In this document: positions 1 through 9,049 of the stretch, in pieces
Numbering within the stretch: the first letter of the stretch is position 1
Layout: each line of letters starts with the position of its first letter
Assembly (NCBI GenBank): GCA_019239895.1
Contig: JAFAZH010000022.1
Coordinates: 190,583-254,582, forward strand
DNA length: 64,000 bases
From: Abditibacteriaceae bacterium
GTDB lineage: Bacteria > Armatimonadota > Abditibacteriia > Abditibacteriales > Abditibacteriaceae
Direction: 5' to 3'
Position numbers and translations under genes: made by a program
Notes under the pieces: generated by a model
Database searches by the model: none
The model's input: the letters and a program-made list of their open reading frames with translations, nothing else
Told to the model about the DNA's origin: nothing

Positions 1-822
1 TGCGCCTGAGTCAACGTAGCGCAAAGCCGGGCTAAAGTTGTTTTACCCGTTCCGGCGGAGCCAAAGAAAAGACAAGAGGGGATGCGGTCGGCTTCCACCG
101 CTCGACGCAGAGGAGCCTGTGGGCCAACCAAGTGCTGTTGTCCGACAAACTCATCGAAAGTGCGCGGCCTCATGCGTGCCGCTAAAGGCTGAAGCTCCAA
201 CGGCACGGCAACAGGAGGACTAGATGACGCCTCCGCCGCGCCGCGCCTGCGACTCCCTTTAGCACTGCTCATGTTATCAGCTTCACCATCGAAGAGGCTC
301 ATAATCTAACATTATGTCACGCAGAGGAGCGGAGATAATTCAAATGCCAACAAACACAAAAGCGGAAGGCAAATCGAATTAAATCACTCGAAATTATCCT
401 TCCGCCTGAGTTTGTAGAAATTCTAACGAATCCGCAATCGTCAATCTACAAATCGTCAATAAAAATGCCCCGCTACGCCGTGTATCGTCAAGTTACTGAA
501 CCCGCTTAGCGCAGGTGGGTGCCGCTCCTCGCCCTCGCGCCACTGTTGTTATCCAGGTAAACCTGGAAAATCCGATGAAGGCCTCAACAGACGGCGTCCC
601 GGCAAAAGAGTTGGACTCCCTCATGTGTGAATGTAGGCTCAGAACTTTCTCAGACATCACGCACGCGGCAGGGCAAACTTTGATTTCTAATCACGTTTGC
701 AGCCACTTTGCTTGGGTGCTGCGAAAACTAATTGTGTAAGGTGCATCAGCAAGTAACAAGACGGTTGCAACCGGCAGCGGTTCCGCTCCCAGCTCAAGCT
801 GGCAGTCCTTATTTTAGCAGAA

Positions 823-2034
823 TTACAAGCCCCCGACAAAGCGGCCTGGAGCGCAGACATGGGCGGCATCGAAGGTGTTTTTTAAGCTCCGCATCAGGGC
901 AAAAGCCGAAGGTGGCGCACCCCAGACAAAATCGGGAGTCTTCAGATCATGGGGAGCGCGTTCGACAACCACCAAGCCTCCCTCCGCTTGTGCCTGGGCG
1001 CGTAGTTTTGTCACCACATCAACGGCATTATCAGGCACTTTGGAGTAGATCGCATAGATAATTCCCAGACCATAGTCCCAGGCAATCTGATCTGCTCCCA
1101 GTTGTTGTGCCTGCTGCGCCCAGGCTGCGGCGCTTTGCAGTGGCAGGACAGCCCGCAACCTCAATTCCCCTGCTCCATCGGCCCCGGCCTGATGACCAAT
1201 ATCATCCTGGCTAACCGCGGCAGGCAAACGCTCCATCTGAATCTGCACCGCTTTTTCCACACCATCAAACTGCGCCAGGACAAAGAAAGTGGCAGAGTGG
1301 GCATGGATGCGGAGTGCAGTCGGTTCAAAGGGGCCTTCAAAAATGGCCCGCGCCTGTGCGATGGCCTCCTGCCAGGTCTTAAATTGGCCCCGCCACACTG
1401 CCGAAGCTGCATTATTAGGTCGCAGGCGAATGGTGACTTCGGTAATTAAACCCAGATTGCCAAAAGAACCAATAAAGATTTTATTGAGGTCATAGCCACT
1501 GACATTTTTCACTACTTTGCTGCCCGCTTTGACCAGACGACCATCGGAAAGCACCGCGTGCAGCCCCACCACTAAATCACGCGGCGCAGCATATTTCAAG
1601 CGCGTCATGCCCGCATAATTGGTCGCTATAATGCCGCCAAGAGTTGCTCCGCTTTGCAAACCAGTCTCTTCGAGGGGCACAAATTGACGTTGTTCTCCCA
1701 CCGCCTGGTTGAGTGCGGCAAGGGTTATTCCTGTCTGGGCCGCTATGGTTGCATTGCCTTCATCATGCTCAATAATGGCGTTGAGATTTTCCGTAGAAAT
1801 TATTAAGTCGCATGATTGAGGCCGCGCCCCCATCTCCAACTTGGTGCTGCCGCCGCGCGGGATAAAACTCACTTTCTCACGCCCACACCAGGCGACCAGA
1901 GCTTGCGCCGTCGTTGCATCAGCAGGCGCTGCCACTGCTTGAGACGTGACGCCATCTACCGCATCGGAGGGAGCCGCAGCCCGCACGGGTAGAGCCTCCT
2001 TAAATTCGTCTTGCAGTCGTTGTAATAAGTCCAT
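823..2034 (-). CDS. FAD-binding oxidoreductase (GlcD/GlcE-like FAD-linked oxidase)
   Basis: 403-aa ORF. The N-terminal region is like an FAD-binding PCMH domain (GGSTKLEMG, GATLGGIIATNYAG). Domain order resembles glycolate oxidase subunit GlcE-type enzymes. Confidence 0.65.
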   Translation of the reverse strand: MDLLQRLQDEFKEALPVRAAAPSDAVDGVTSQAVAAPADATTAQALVAWCGREKVSFIPRGGSTKLEMGARPQSCDLIISTENLNAIIEHDEGNATIAAQTGITLAALNQAVGEQRQFVPLEETGLQSGATLGGIIATNYAGMTRLKYAAPRDLVVGLHAVLSDGRLVKAGSKVVKNVSGYDLNKIFIGSFGNLGLITEVTIRLRPNNAASAVWRGQFKTWQEAIAQARAIFEGPFEPTALRIHAHSATFFVLAQFDGVEKAVQIQMERLPAAVSQDDIGHQAGADGAGELRLRAVLPLQSAAAWAQQAQQLGADQIAWDYGLGIIYAIYSKVPDNAVDVVTKLRAQAQAEGGLVVVERAPHDLKTPDFVWGAPPSAFALMRSLKNTFDAAHVCAPGRFVGGL

Positions 2035-2088
2035 TATGGTTTCTTTTTCGCAATTGGATAAGTAGAGCCAGAGTAAGCTTAACAGGTA

Positions 2089-2203
2089 GGCCCGCCGCTA
2101 AAGCAGCGGGCTGAGGGAAAAAGCCCGGTGAACCGGGCTGGAGACACCGCCATAGCCCCGTTTAGGGGGCTTCTAAGTTCAGCCCGCTGCTTTAGCGGCG
2201 GGC
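2089..2203. repeat. 26-bp inverted repeat (ggcccgccgctaaagcagcgggctga / tcagcccgctgctttagcggcgggc) enclosing a 64-nt loop that has its own internal hairpin (agcccggtgaaccgggct)
   Basis: Read directly. The arms at 2089-2114 and 2179-2203 are reverse complements. The element lies in the 190-bp gap between two minus-strand genes. Confidence 0.45.
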
Positions 2204-2225
2204 ATGGCATTGGCATAGCTTCAAC

Positions 2226-3959
2226 TTAATATACTTTACGCACTTCGACGCCGCGAAAATAGAACTGAATAATCTGGCGTGCCGTCCAACCTTCACGGGC
2301 ATGGTTTTCCGCGCCGCGCTGACACATACCAGCCCCATGCCCCCAGCCCGCCCCCTTGATAACAAACGCCGTGACGGTGCCTTTGGCATCACGTTGAGGC
2401 AACACAACAAAAGTCGAACTCGGCAGGGCTGTCGTAGAGCCTAAACGACCAGAAAGCATAGCGCGAATCTGCGAGTCACCATCTAACACCACAGTAGCTA
2501 TTTTTTGAGCCGCCACAGCCACCATAGCGCCACCCTTACCCTCAACTGACTTTTGCAACTCTACCCCCTGCACCATCAACCGCTTGATATGACCGGAGGC
2601 CGACCTTTCTAAAACGCGAATCTCTGTCGCATAATCCATCTTGGCATGGGGTGTCATGGCCTGGGCTAACTGCACTGGATTAACGATACGTGTCCAACGG
2701 TAGAATTCGGGCAAGTCCCCATCCTGAAAAAGAGCAGCGGTGCCGGTCGAAGTGCGGCGGCGTGATGCCAGGGTGCGCGTCTGAGTTGCCGATGGCTGGG
2801 CATAGCTGGGTAAATCGAGTGTGCAGTAGCGCACCCAATCGGCCTCGCTCATGCTGCTCTTGCAAAGCTGCGCCGTTAGCTTATGCTCGGCGGGCGAGAA
2901 ATCGCGGACGCTTCGTAAATAGGGTTCGGGCCGACCGTGCCAGACATCTTCGGCTGCCGCCGTAATGCCGCCGCTATTAGTGCCATAAACCGCATCCGCA
3001 ACACGTCCATGATAAAGGATGACCTGTCCAGCGGTTTCATCTACTGCGCGCGAGGTTATCGCCGATTCATTCTCAGTGCCAACATAACCCTGGCAATGAT
3101 CGTAATCGCAAATATCATAGCCATCAGCGCGATGCCGCCCGGCTTGAATCTTGGAAGTCGCTTCGGAGCGCGCACAAATGGCCTGCGCTTTCAAGGCTTC
3201 CAAAGGTGCAGAGCGATTCATCTCCCACGGCACCACGCCTTTCAAGTAATCGTCTAAGGGCAAGATATTCACCAGGCGCAGCGGACTCTTATGCAGAGCT
3301 GGCTCAAAGGAATACGTCTGCGGCGCGATTTCAAACGAACCACGATAAGCCCGTTGGTAACGCGGGTTATCGCCATTGGTGGCAACGTGCGTCGGCGCAC
3401 CGCTCACGACAACAAGGGCTAACTGCCAGCCACCATAAGTTCCGCTGGACGTATGAATTTGAATTGGCCCGCTTCCATTTTGCCCCTTGCCTGCTATATG
3501 CATATTGGGGTTAAAAGTAAAGGTAACAGCATCGGCTGGACGCACCGCAAGGCGACGACCTGGCTGAAGCGCATCAGTCACCATCATGGCCCCATTAGAC
3601 CACAAAACAATTGGGCCACCCCGCGTGGTGAGGCCGACACGAGTCAGTGGGGAGCAGGGACGTGGTGTTGCAACCGGCTCTATATTGCGGCGAGTTAGAC
3701 GTGGGGCAAGTTTGGCGGCACCAGGTTTGGCGGCCCCAGGTGCTGGAGTTGTTGTGGTAATCTGCGCCGTCTGCTTGCTGTTAGGCTGAGTTGTATCCGT
3801 AGAAACTGTAACGACACTTTGCACTGGACGCCGCACTGCACCCCGCGCTAAACCGAACCAAAGACCATAACTGAGCGCGCAAACTGTCAGCAATAGGAGT
3901 AACCCGACGCCAGTGAGGAAGTGCTGTGTCCGCGAGGAAGATGAACCAAAAAACCGCAT
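2226..3959 (-). CDS. SpoIID/LytB domain-containing protein (amidase enhancer-like) with N-terminal TM/signal region
   Basis: 577 aa. The C-terminal region carries SpoIID-like signatures (YLKGVVPWEM, KAQAICARSEA, GHGAGMCQRGAENHAREGWTARQIIQFYF). Hydrophobic N-terminus. Confidence 0.75.
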   Translation of the reverse strand: MRFFGSSSSRTQHFLTGVGLLLLLTVCALSYGLWFGLARGAVRRPVQSVVTVSTDTTQPNSKQTAQITTTTPAPGAAKPGAAKLAPRLTRRNIEPVATPRPCSPLTRVGLTTRGGPIVLWSNGAMMVTDALQPGRRLAVRPADAVTFTFNPNMHIAGKGQNGSGPIQIHTSSGTYGGWQLALVVVSGAPTHVATNGDNPRYQRAYRGSFEIAPQTYSFEPALHKSPLRLVNILPLDDYLKGVVPWEMNRSAPLEALKAQAICARSEATSKIQAGRHRADGYDICDYDHCQGYVGTENESAITSRAVDETAGQVILYHGRVADAVYGTNSGGITAAAEDVWHGRPEPYLRSVRDFSPAEHKLTAQLCKSSMSEADWVRYCTLDLPSYAQPSATQTRTLASRRRTSTGTAALFQDGDLPEFYRWTRIVNPVQLAQAMTPHAKMDYATEIRVLERSASGHIKRLMVQGVELQKSVEGKGGAMVAVAAQKIATVVLDGDSQIRAMLSGRLGSTTALPSSTFVVLPQRDAKGTVTAFVIKGAGWGHGAGMCQRGAENHAREGWTARQIIQFYFRGVEVRKVY

Positions 3960-4188
3960 GACAAATAGGAAGGTTAGAAGAGCAAGATTACGATATATGG
4001 TTAGAGTTTAAAAAGACCATCGTGTAAGGAATTCTGGTAGCATTTTAGCATAAGCTGCCCGTAACGAAAGTCATATAACTTTTAAACCACAGCGTTGTTA
4101 CTACCCTGATGAGTATTTATCATTTAGGGTAGCCAATTCTATAGAGAGATGTTGCCAGTGAATGTCTTGTATGGAGCAAGGCGAACCT

Positions 4189-4222
4189 GGAAACGGTTAT
4201 CAGACCGGAAACGGTTATCAGA
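4189..4222 (+). promoter_or_regulatory. Tandem 16-bp direct repeat (ggaaacggttatcaga x2) 20 bp upstream of the rsgA start
   Basis: Seen in sequence: ggaaacggttatcaga cc ggaaacggttatcaga. Candidate regulator-binding site. Confidence 0.3.
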
Positions 4223-4243
4223 GAAGTAGAAGTCAAGTTATTC

Positions 4244-5299
4244 ATGATTGAAACGCAGAACGAGTTAGTGACAGGCACCGTGTTGCGGGCCAGTGGCGCA
4301 TGGTATGAAGTGGATGTGCCAGCAGAGCAATTGGCGCAGGTGTCACTTAGTCAGGGTGAAGTTCCCGACAAAGATGTCCCAGAAGGCGTCCCGGCAGGTC
4401 ATGCGATCTTGCTCTGCACCTTACGGGGCAAGCTAAAGCTTGGCAAGCGGGAAGCAGCGCAGCCCGTTTCGGTGGGCGACCAGGTACGGGTACGCCCTCT
4501 TTCCAGTTTTGGCCCGGATGCGCGGGGGCGACGTTTGCGCGAGGGCTATATTGAGGAAGTCCTCCCGCGCCGCTCGTCATTGGGACGGTCACGCTATGGC
4601 AAGACCAACCAGATTACCGTCGCTAATCTGGATCAGGCGGTGATTGTGATGTCTCTGCGCGAACCGGAACTCAACACGCATCGCCTCGACCGCTTCTTAG
4701 TCCTCGCCGAAGCTTCCGACTTGCAAGCTGTCATTTGCTTTAATAAGTGCGACTTGCTAAGACGCCGCGAATTTAAGACCGAAGTAGAGCCGTTGATGAA
4801 ACTCTATGGGGGGTTGGGCTACATCCCCCTGGCGGTTTCTGCCGAGACAGATACTGGCATCAAAGAAGTGAGGGCGACTTTAGCCGGGCATGTATCGGCC
4901 ATGTTGGGGTCTTCTGGTGTGGGCAAATCCTCCCTGGTCAATGCCATTCAACCCGGCTTGCATTTGTGGGTTGGGGATGTCATGGACATGGGCAAAGGTC
5001 GCCACACGACCACAGAAGTCTCGCTGCATCCACTCGACAGTGGCGGTTATATCGCAGACACACCCGGCATCAAAACCGTGACTCTCCTGGAACAACAGGA
5101 GATTAATTTACCACAATGTTTCCCCGAAATTGCGCGCCTGGCCCCAGAATGCCGCTTTAATAACTGCACCCATATCCATGAGCCGGGTTGCGCCGTGCGC
5201 GCCGCCGCCGAATCCGGTGCCATTGCCCAAGCTCGTTACGACAGTTATCTCAAGATGAGTAACGATGAAGTGCTACGTCCCACTAACCGCAATCGTTAA
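4244..5299 (+). CDS. rsgA: Ribosome small-subunit-dependent GTPase A (circularly permuted GTPase)
   Basis: 351 aa. G4-G1-G3 order is typical of RsgA/YjeQ (NKCDLL ... GSSGVGKSSLVNAI ... DTPG). C-terminal zinc-finger cysteines are present (CRFNNCTHIHEPGC). Confidence 0.85.
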   Translation: MIETQNELVTGTVLRASGAWYEVDVPAEQLAQVSLSQGEVPDKDVPEGVPAGHAILLCTLRGKLKLGKREAAQPVSVGDQVRVRPLSSFGPDARGRRLREGYIEEVLPRRSSLGRSRYGKTNQITVANLDQAVIVMSLREPELNTHRLDRFLVLAEASDLQAVICFNKCDLLRRREFKTEVEPLMKLYGGLGYIPLAVSAETDTGIKEVRATLAGHVSAMLGSSGVGKSSLVNAIQPGLHLWVGDVMDMGKGRHTTTEVSLHPLDSGGYIADTPGIKTVTLLEQQEINLPQCFPEIARLAPECRFNNCTHIHEPGCAVRAAAESGAIAQARYDSYLKMSNDEVLRPTNRNR

Positions 5300-5601
5300 G
5301 CCGTTTTACTGCCGCACTCTATTTTATTTATCGCAATGAGTGCGATGAATAATTAAAGAGAATCTCACTAACCTGGTTGCCGTCCCTTGGTCTAAGTGAG
5401 ATGTTCCTCTATTTCCTCTTGAAGAGCTTCCACCCAATAGCAAACCTGACCTGAATACATCTTGATTTGTTGTATCTTTTAAAGAATTTTTAGTAATATC
5501 TCAAAGTTCAGACGGTTTAGGGCATAACTGTGTAGGAGGTATTAAGACGTAAATCGGAGGTAATCAGAGGGAAGTTTAATAACTTTTCCAAATAAATCGT
5601 T

Positions 5602-6432
5602 ATGAAAGATGAAGAACGTTACAAACTGTTGTTCGGGCCTTACAAGTCGCCCAAGGTGCAAATCGGCGATCAGATGGTGGATGAGATTCGTGGCCCGGTA
5701 GTGGTTGGCACCTGGAGCAAGGGCAAGATTCCCTGGCCGTGCATTCGCACGGCAGGCCGCAGCGCCTTTGTATTGACCGGGGATTTAGTCGAGGCGGTTA
5801 AGAACGAATCGTCCCTGGCCATCCAGTACTGGTGGGGGGTTTCTCCCTCAACCGTACACCGCTGGCGCAAAACGCTGGGCACCGATCAATATAATGAAGG
5901 TACCCTGCGCCTGCACCGGGAATGGAAGCCAGAGAAGATTTCCGCCGCCGATGCGAGAAGGGGTCAACGCAAGGGAGCCAGCCCGGAATCCCGCGCCAAG
6001 ATGACGGCCAAGATTCGCGCCCGTGGCTTTTATCAACACAGCCAACGGGTGTGGACTAAGGAGGAAGAAGCCATCCTCGGCACTATGCCCGACCCGGCGG
6101 CAGCGGAGAAGTTGGGGCGCACGCTCAAAGCGGTTGGCATGTGGCGGCGCAGGATGGGCATTCCGGCCCATAACACGCGCCAGTCGCAGTTTGCCAGTAA
6201 GAGCACCATTCCCTTAGATGCGGAAAAGCTCACCAAGCGTCGCCTGGAATTGCGGCAATCGCAAAAGGCCATCGCCAAAAAAGCGGGCATGGACCCCACG
6301 CACTTGTCACAATTAGAGACCGGTTTCTGGCGTCGGATGAAGCCTGACACTATGAAGCGCCTCGCCAAAGCTCTCAAGTGCCAGATTGCTGAGATTGCCA
6401 CTGACGAATATAACCAGAATTCCGAATCTTAA
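5602..6432 (+). CDS. Hypothetical protein with C-terminal XRE-type helix-turn-helix
   Basis: 276 aa. The C-terminal segment LRQSQKAIAKKAGMDPTHLSQLETG matches HTH_XRE-like DNA-binding helices. A good RBS (ggagg) lies upstream. Confidence 0.5.
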   Translation: MKDEERYKLLFGPYKSPKVQIGDQMVDEIRGPVVVGTWSKGKIPWPCIRTAGRSAFVLTGDLVEAVKNESSLAIQYWWGVSPSTVHRWRKTLGTDQYNEGTLRLHREWKPEKISAADARRGQRKGASPESRAKMTAKIRARGFYQHSQRVWTKEEEAILGTMPDPAAAEKLGRTLKAVGMWRRRMGIPAHNTRQSQFASKSTIPLDAEKLTKRRLELRQSQKAIAKKAGMDPTHLSQLETGFWRRMKPDTMKRLAKALKCQIAEIATDEYNQNSES

Positions 6433-6651
6433 ACCAGCCAGCCGCAATAGCTTGCGATTCATCAGCCTAAAGTCGTTCATAAAGGCGCGACATGGGGAAT
6501 CTTCCATGTCGCGCCTTTATTTGTTCCTGCACTGGAATAGCAAGATTGATTGGTTTGACTGTTGCAAGTTGTTGTATAACTTTCAATAGCCTCCGCACGC
6601 AGTCCTTAATGGGCAGAAGTCGGCTAGACGGAGAGTAAGAGGAGCCTTGGT

Positions 6652-7647
6652 TTGGTAACACGCTTATTTATCGCAACAGGAGACACTCTGGCCACCGCAA
6701 CGCGACAGGGCGATGCATGGGAAGTGCGGCATTCACTGGCGGGCAGTGGCGTGCAATGCCTGGCGCTTGACCCGCGCGATGCGCAGGTTGTCTATGCTGG
6801 CTCTGCTGGAGAGGGTGTCTGGAAAAGTAGCGATGGCGGAGTGCGCTGGCGCAATTTATCCTTACCTGAAGGCTATGTCTTCTCTTTAGCAGTGAGTCCG
6901 GCAGATGGCGCGGTTTATGCGGGCACTGAACCGAGCAAGCTGTTCCGTAGCATGGAGGGGGAGCGCGACTGGGAAGAATTAGAATCGCTGCTCACGATTC
7001 CCTCCGCCCCAACCTGGAGCTTTCCGCCCCGCCCCTGGACTTCCCATGTGCGCTGGATAGCGCCTTGCCCCTATGAGGCTGATCTCTTATTAGTGGGCAT
7101 TGAATTAGGCGGCCTCATGTATAGCGATGACGGTGGCGAGACATGGTGCGATCACCGCCCCAATGCACAGCCTGATGTCCACGCTCTCGCCTGGCACCCG
7201 ACTGTAGCGGGGCGAGTTTATGAAGCTGGAGGTGGCGGCCCAGCCTGGAGCCATAATAGTGGCTGGTTCTGGCAGCGCGTAGATGAAGGTTTAGACCGTC
7301 ACTACACCTGGGGCCTGGCCGTTGATCCTGATGACCCCGATTGCTGGTTTATCTCCGCCAGCTCCGGCCCGCGTGAAGCCCACAACCCCAACGGCAATGC
7401 CCAGGCGCATATCTATCGCTGGCAAGGAGAAGGCCCCTGGCAACAATTGCATGGCGGACTCCCCGACCCCATAGACAAATTTCCTTACGCCCTCGCCAGC
7501 GCCCCTGGACACCTCTTCGCAGGCTTGGCCGATGGTCGCATTTACCTCAGTAAAGATAAAGGTGATTCCTGGCAACTGCTAAAGCTAACTGGAGAAGCCT
7601 TAACCGGGATTCAGGCGATAGCTTGTGTCGTCGAAACAACTGAATGA
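6652..7647 (+). CDS. BNR-repeat (Ycf48/sialidase-like beta-propeller) protein
   Basis: 331 aa with three S-x-D-x-G-x-x-W BNR motifs (SSDGGVRW, SDDGGETW, SKDKGDSW). Confidence 0.6.
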   Translation: MVTRLFIATGDTLATATRQGDAWEVRHSLAGSGVQCLALDPRDAQVVYAGSAGEGVWKSSDGGVRWRNLSLPEGYVFSLAVSPADGAVYAGTEPSKLFRSMEGERDWEELESLLTIPSAPTWSFPPRPWTSHVRWIAPCPYEADLLLVGIELGGLMYSDDGGETWCDHRPNAQPDVHALAWHPTVAGRVYEAGGGGPAWSHNSGWFWQRVDEGLDRHYTWGLAVDPDDPDCWFISASSGPREAHNPNGNAQAHIYRWQGEGPWQQLHGGLPDPIDKFPYALASAPGHLFAGLADGRIYLSKDKGDSWQLLKLTGEALTGIQAIACVVETTE

Positions 7648-7664
7648 TTCTCACACACATCACA

Positions 7665-8621
7665 TTAACTACTCTGCTGCCCGGCTGTCAGATTCAATGC
7701 CTCTAATTCCTCCCAGACATTTTCCGGCAATGGTATAGTAGCTGCCTCAAGATTTTGTTCCAATTCTGCACGGGTTTTGGCTCCGGTCAGGGTACAGTGA
7801 ATCAGGGGTTGGCGCAGGCTCATCTGAAAGGCGAGGGCTTGCACGGGGATGTCGCGTTCGTTGCACCAGGCATAGAGGCGACGGGCGGCGGCTAATTCTC
7901 GTGCGGGAAAGTTTTGCCAGGTCGGGTTGTTGAGGTAATCCGCATTATTACCTGCCAGCATCCCATGTTCGAGCACGGCCCCATTCAGCACGCCCACGTC
8001 ATGTTGGGCCGCTAAAGGCAAAAGCCAGTCGGCGGCAGTGGTGCGCAGAGGGTGGTAATCGTTGTAGGTTAAGATGACATCAAAGCGCCCCGATTCGATG
8101 GCGCGGCGATGGAAATCATGATTACGCTGCCCCAGCCCAATAGACTTGATGACGCCTTGTGTTTTCAACTCTTCTAAAGCTTCCAACGCGCCACGCGGAG
8201 CAAAGACGGGTTCAATATCGTTGGGGTCATGCACCAACAGCAGGTCTATGAAGTCGGTTTTGAGCAGCTTAAGACTGTTCTCAACGCTCCACAGGGTGCC
8301 ATCCCAGGAATAGTCACCGCGCCGCTGCGGGTGCGTGCCCGTTTTAGACGAAAGGATATAGCTGTCGCGTGGCACCCCTTCCAAGGCCAGGCCAATGCGT
8401 CGCTCACTTTCGCCATAGAGCGGCGAAGTATCAATGTAATTGATGCCTTGTTCAAGGGCATAACGAACCGTCTCAATACCATCCTTATCGTTAACTTCAT
8501 GACCCCGTGTGGCTAATCCTGCGCCACCTAACCCAGCACCCCCTAATGCCAGAGCAGGCACTCTCAATTGACTGCGCCCCAGGCGTCGCCGGGGCAGCCT
8601 ATCGCCATAACGTTTCACCAT
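7665..8621 (-). CDS. Aldo/keto reductase family oxidoreductase
   Basis: 318 aa. AKR signatures (INYIDTSPLYGESERRIGLAL, LGQRNHDF). Arg-rich N-terminus; the true start may be internal. Confidence 0.8.
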   Translation of the reverse strand: MVKRYGDRLPRRRLGRSQLRVPALALGGAGLGGAGLATRGHEVNDKDGIETVRYALEQGINYIDTSPLYGESERRIGLALEGVPRDSYILSSKTGTHPQRRGDYSWDGTLWSVENSLKLLKTDFIDLLLVHDPNDIEPVFAPRGALEALEELKTQGVIKSIGLGQRNHDFHRRAIESGRFDVILTYNDYHPLRTTAADWLLPLAAQHDVGVLNGAVLEHGMLAGNNADYLNNPTWQNFPARELAAARRLYAWCNERDIPVQALAFQMSLRQPLIHCTLTGAKTRAELEQNLEAATIPLPENVWEELEALNLTAGQQSS

Positions 8622-9049
8622 ATTATGCTTCTATCCTTCCCCTAGAGCTTAGGCGTTAACTAGAGCAAGAACCGAACCATCAAGAAATTTTCAGGTTTAT
8701 GGGCTTTATGGCTATACAGAGAATCATGACCGCCACCATCCTATGTATTTGGCATCAAATAAGCACGGAATTTTAGTTTCTTACCGAACAGTGGCAAATT
8801 CGGTTCACGCAGTCAGGTCATTGCGGTTTAGCCTTTAAAAGATTGGATTTCAACTAAAATAGGTGCGATGTGGCACCATTTGCGCGTCAGGACTTGTCCT
8901 CTTTGAATTTCAAGCACACAATAAAAGAGACCGCTCAAAGAGACCACTTGAAAAACGTCCACACCAGCTTGAGCGAAGTTACGGCTTTTAGTGGAGCATT
9001 CTGACTAAGGATAGTAAAAGAACATGAAGTTGCGGGGAGCAGCTACTCT

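Noticed and set aside
500-640. Possible cobalamin riboswitch (ggtgcc ... gccactgt ... ggaaaatcc motifs)
   Set aside because: The conserved blocks occur in the wrong order relative to the cobalamin riboswitch consensus. No downstream B12-related gene sits on this strand.
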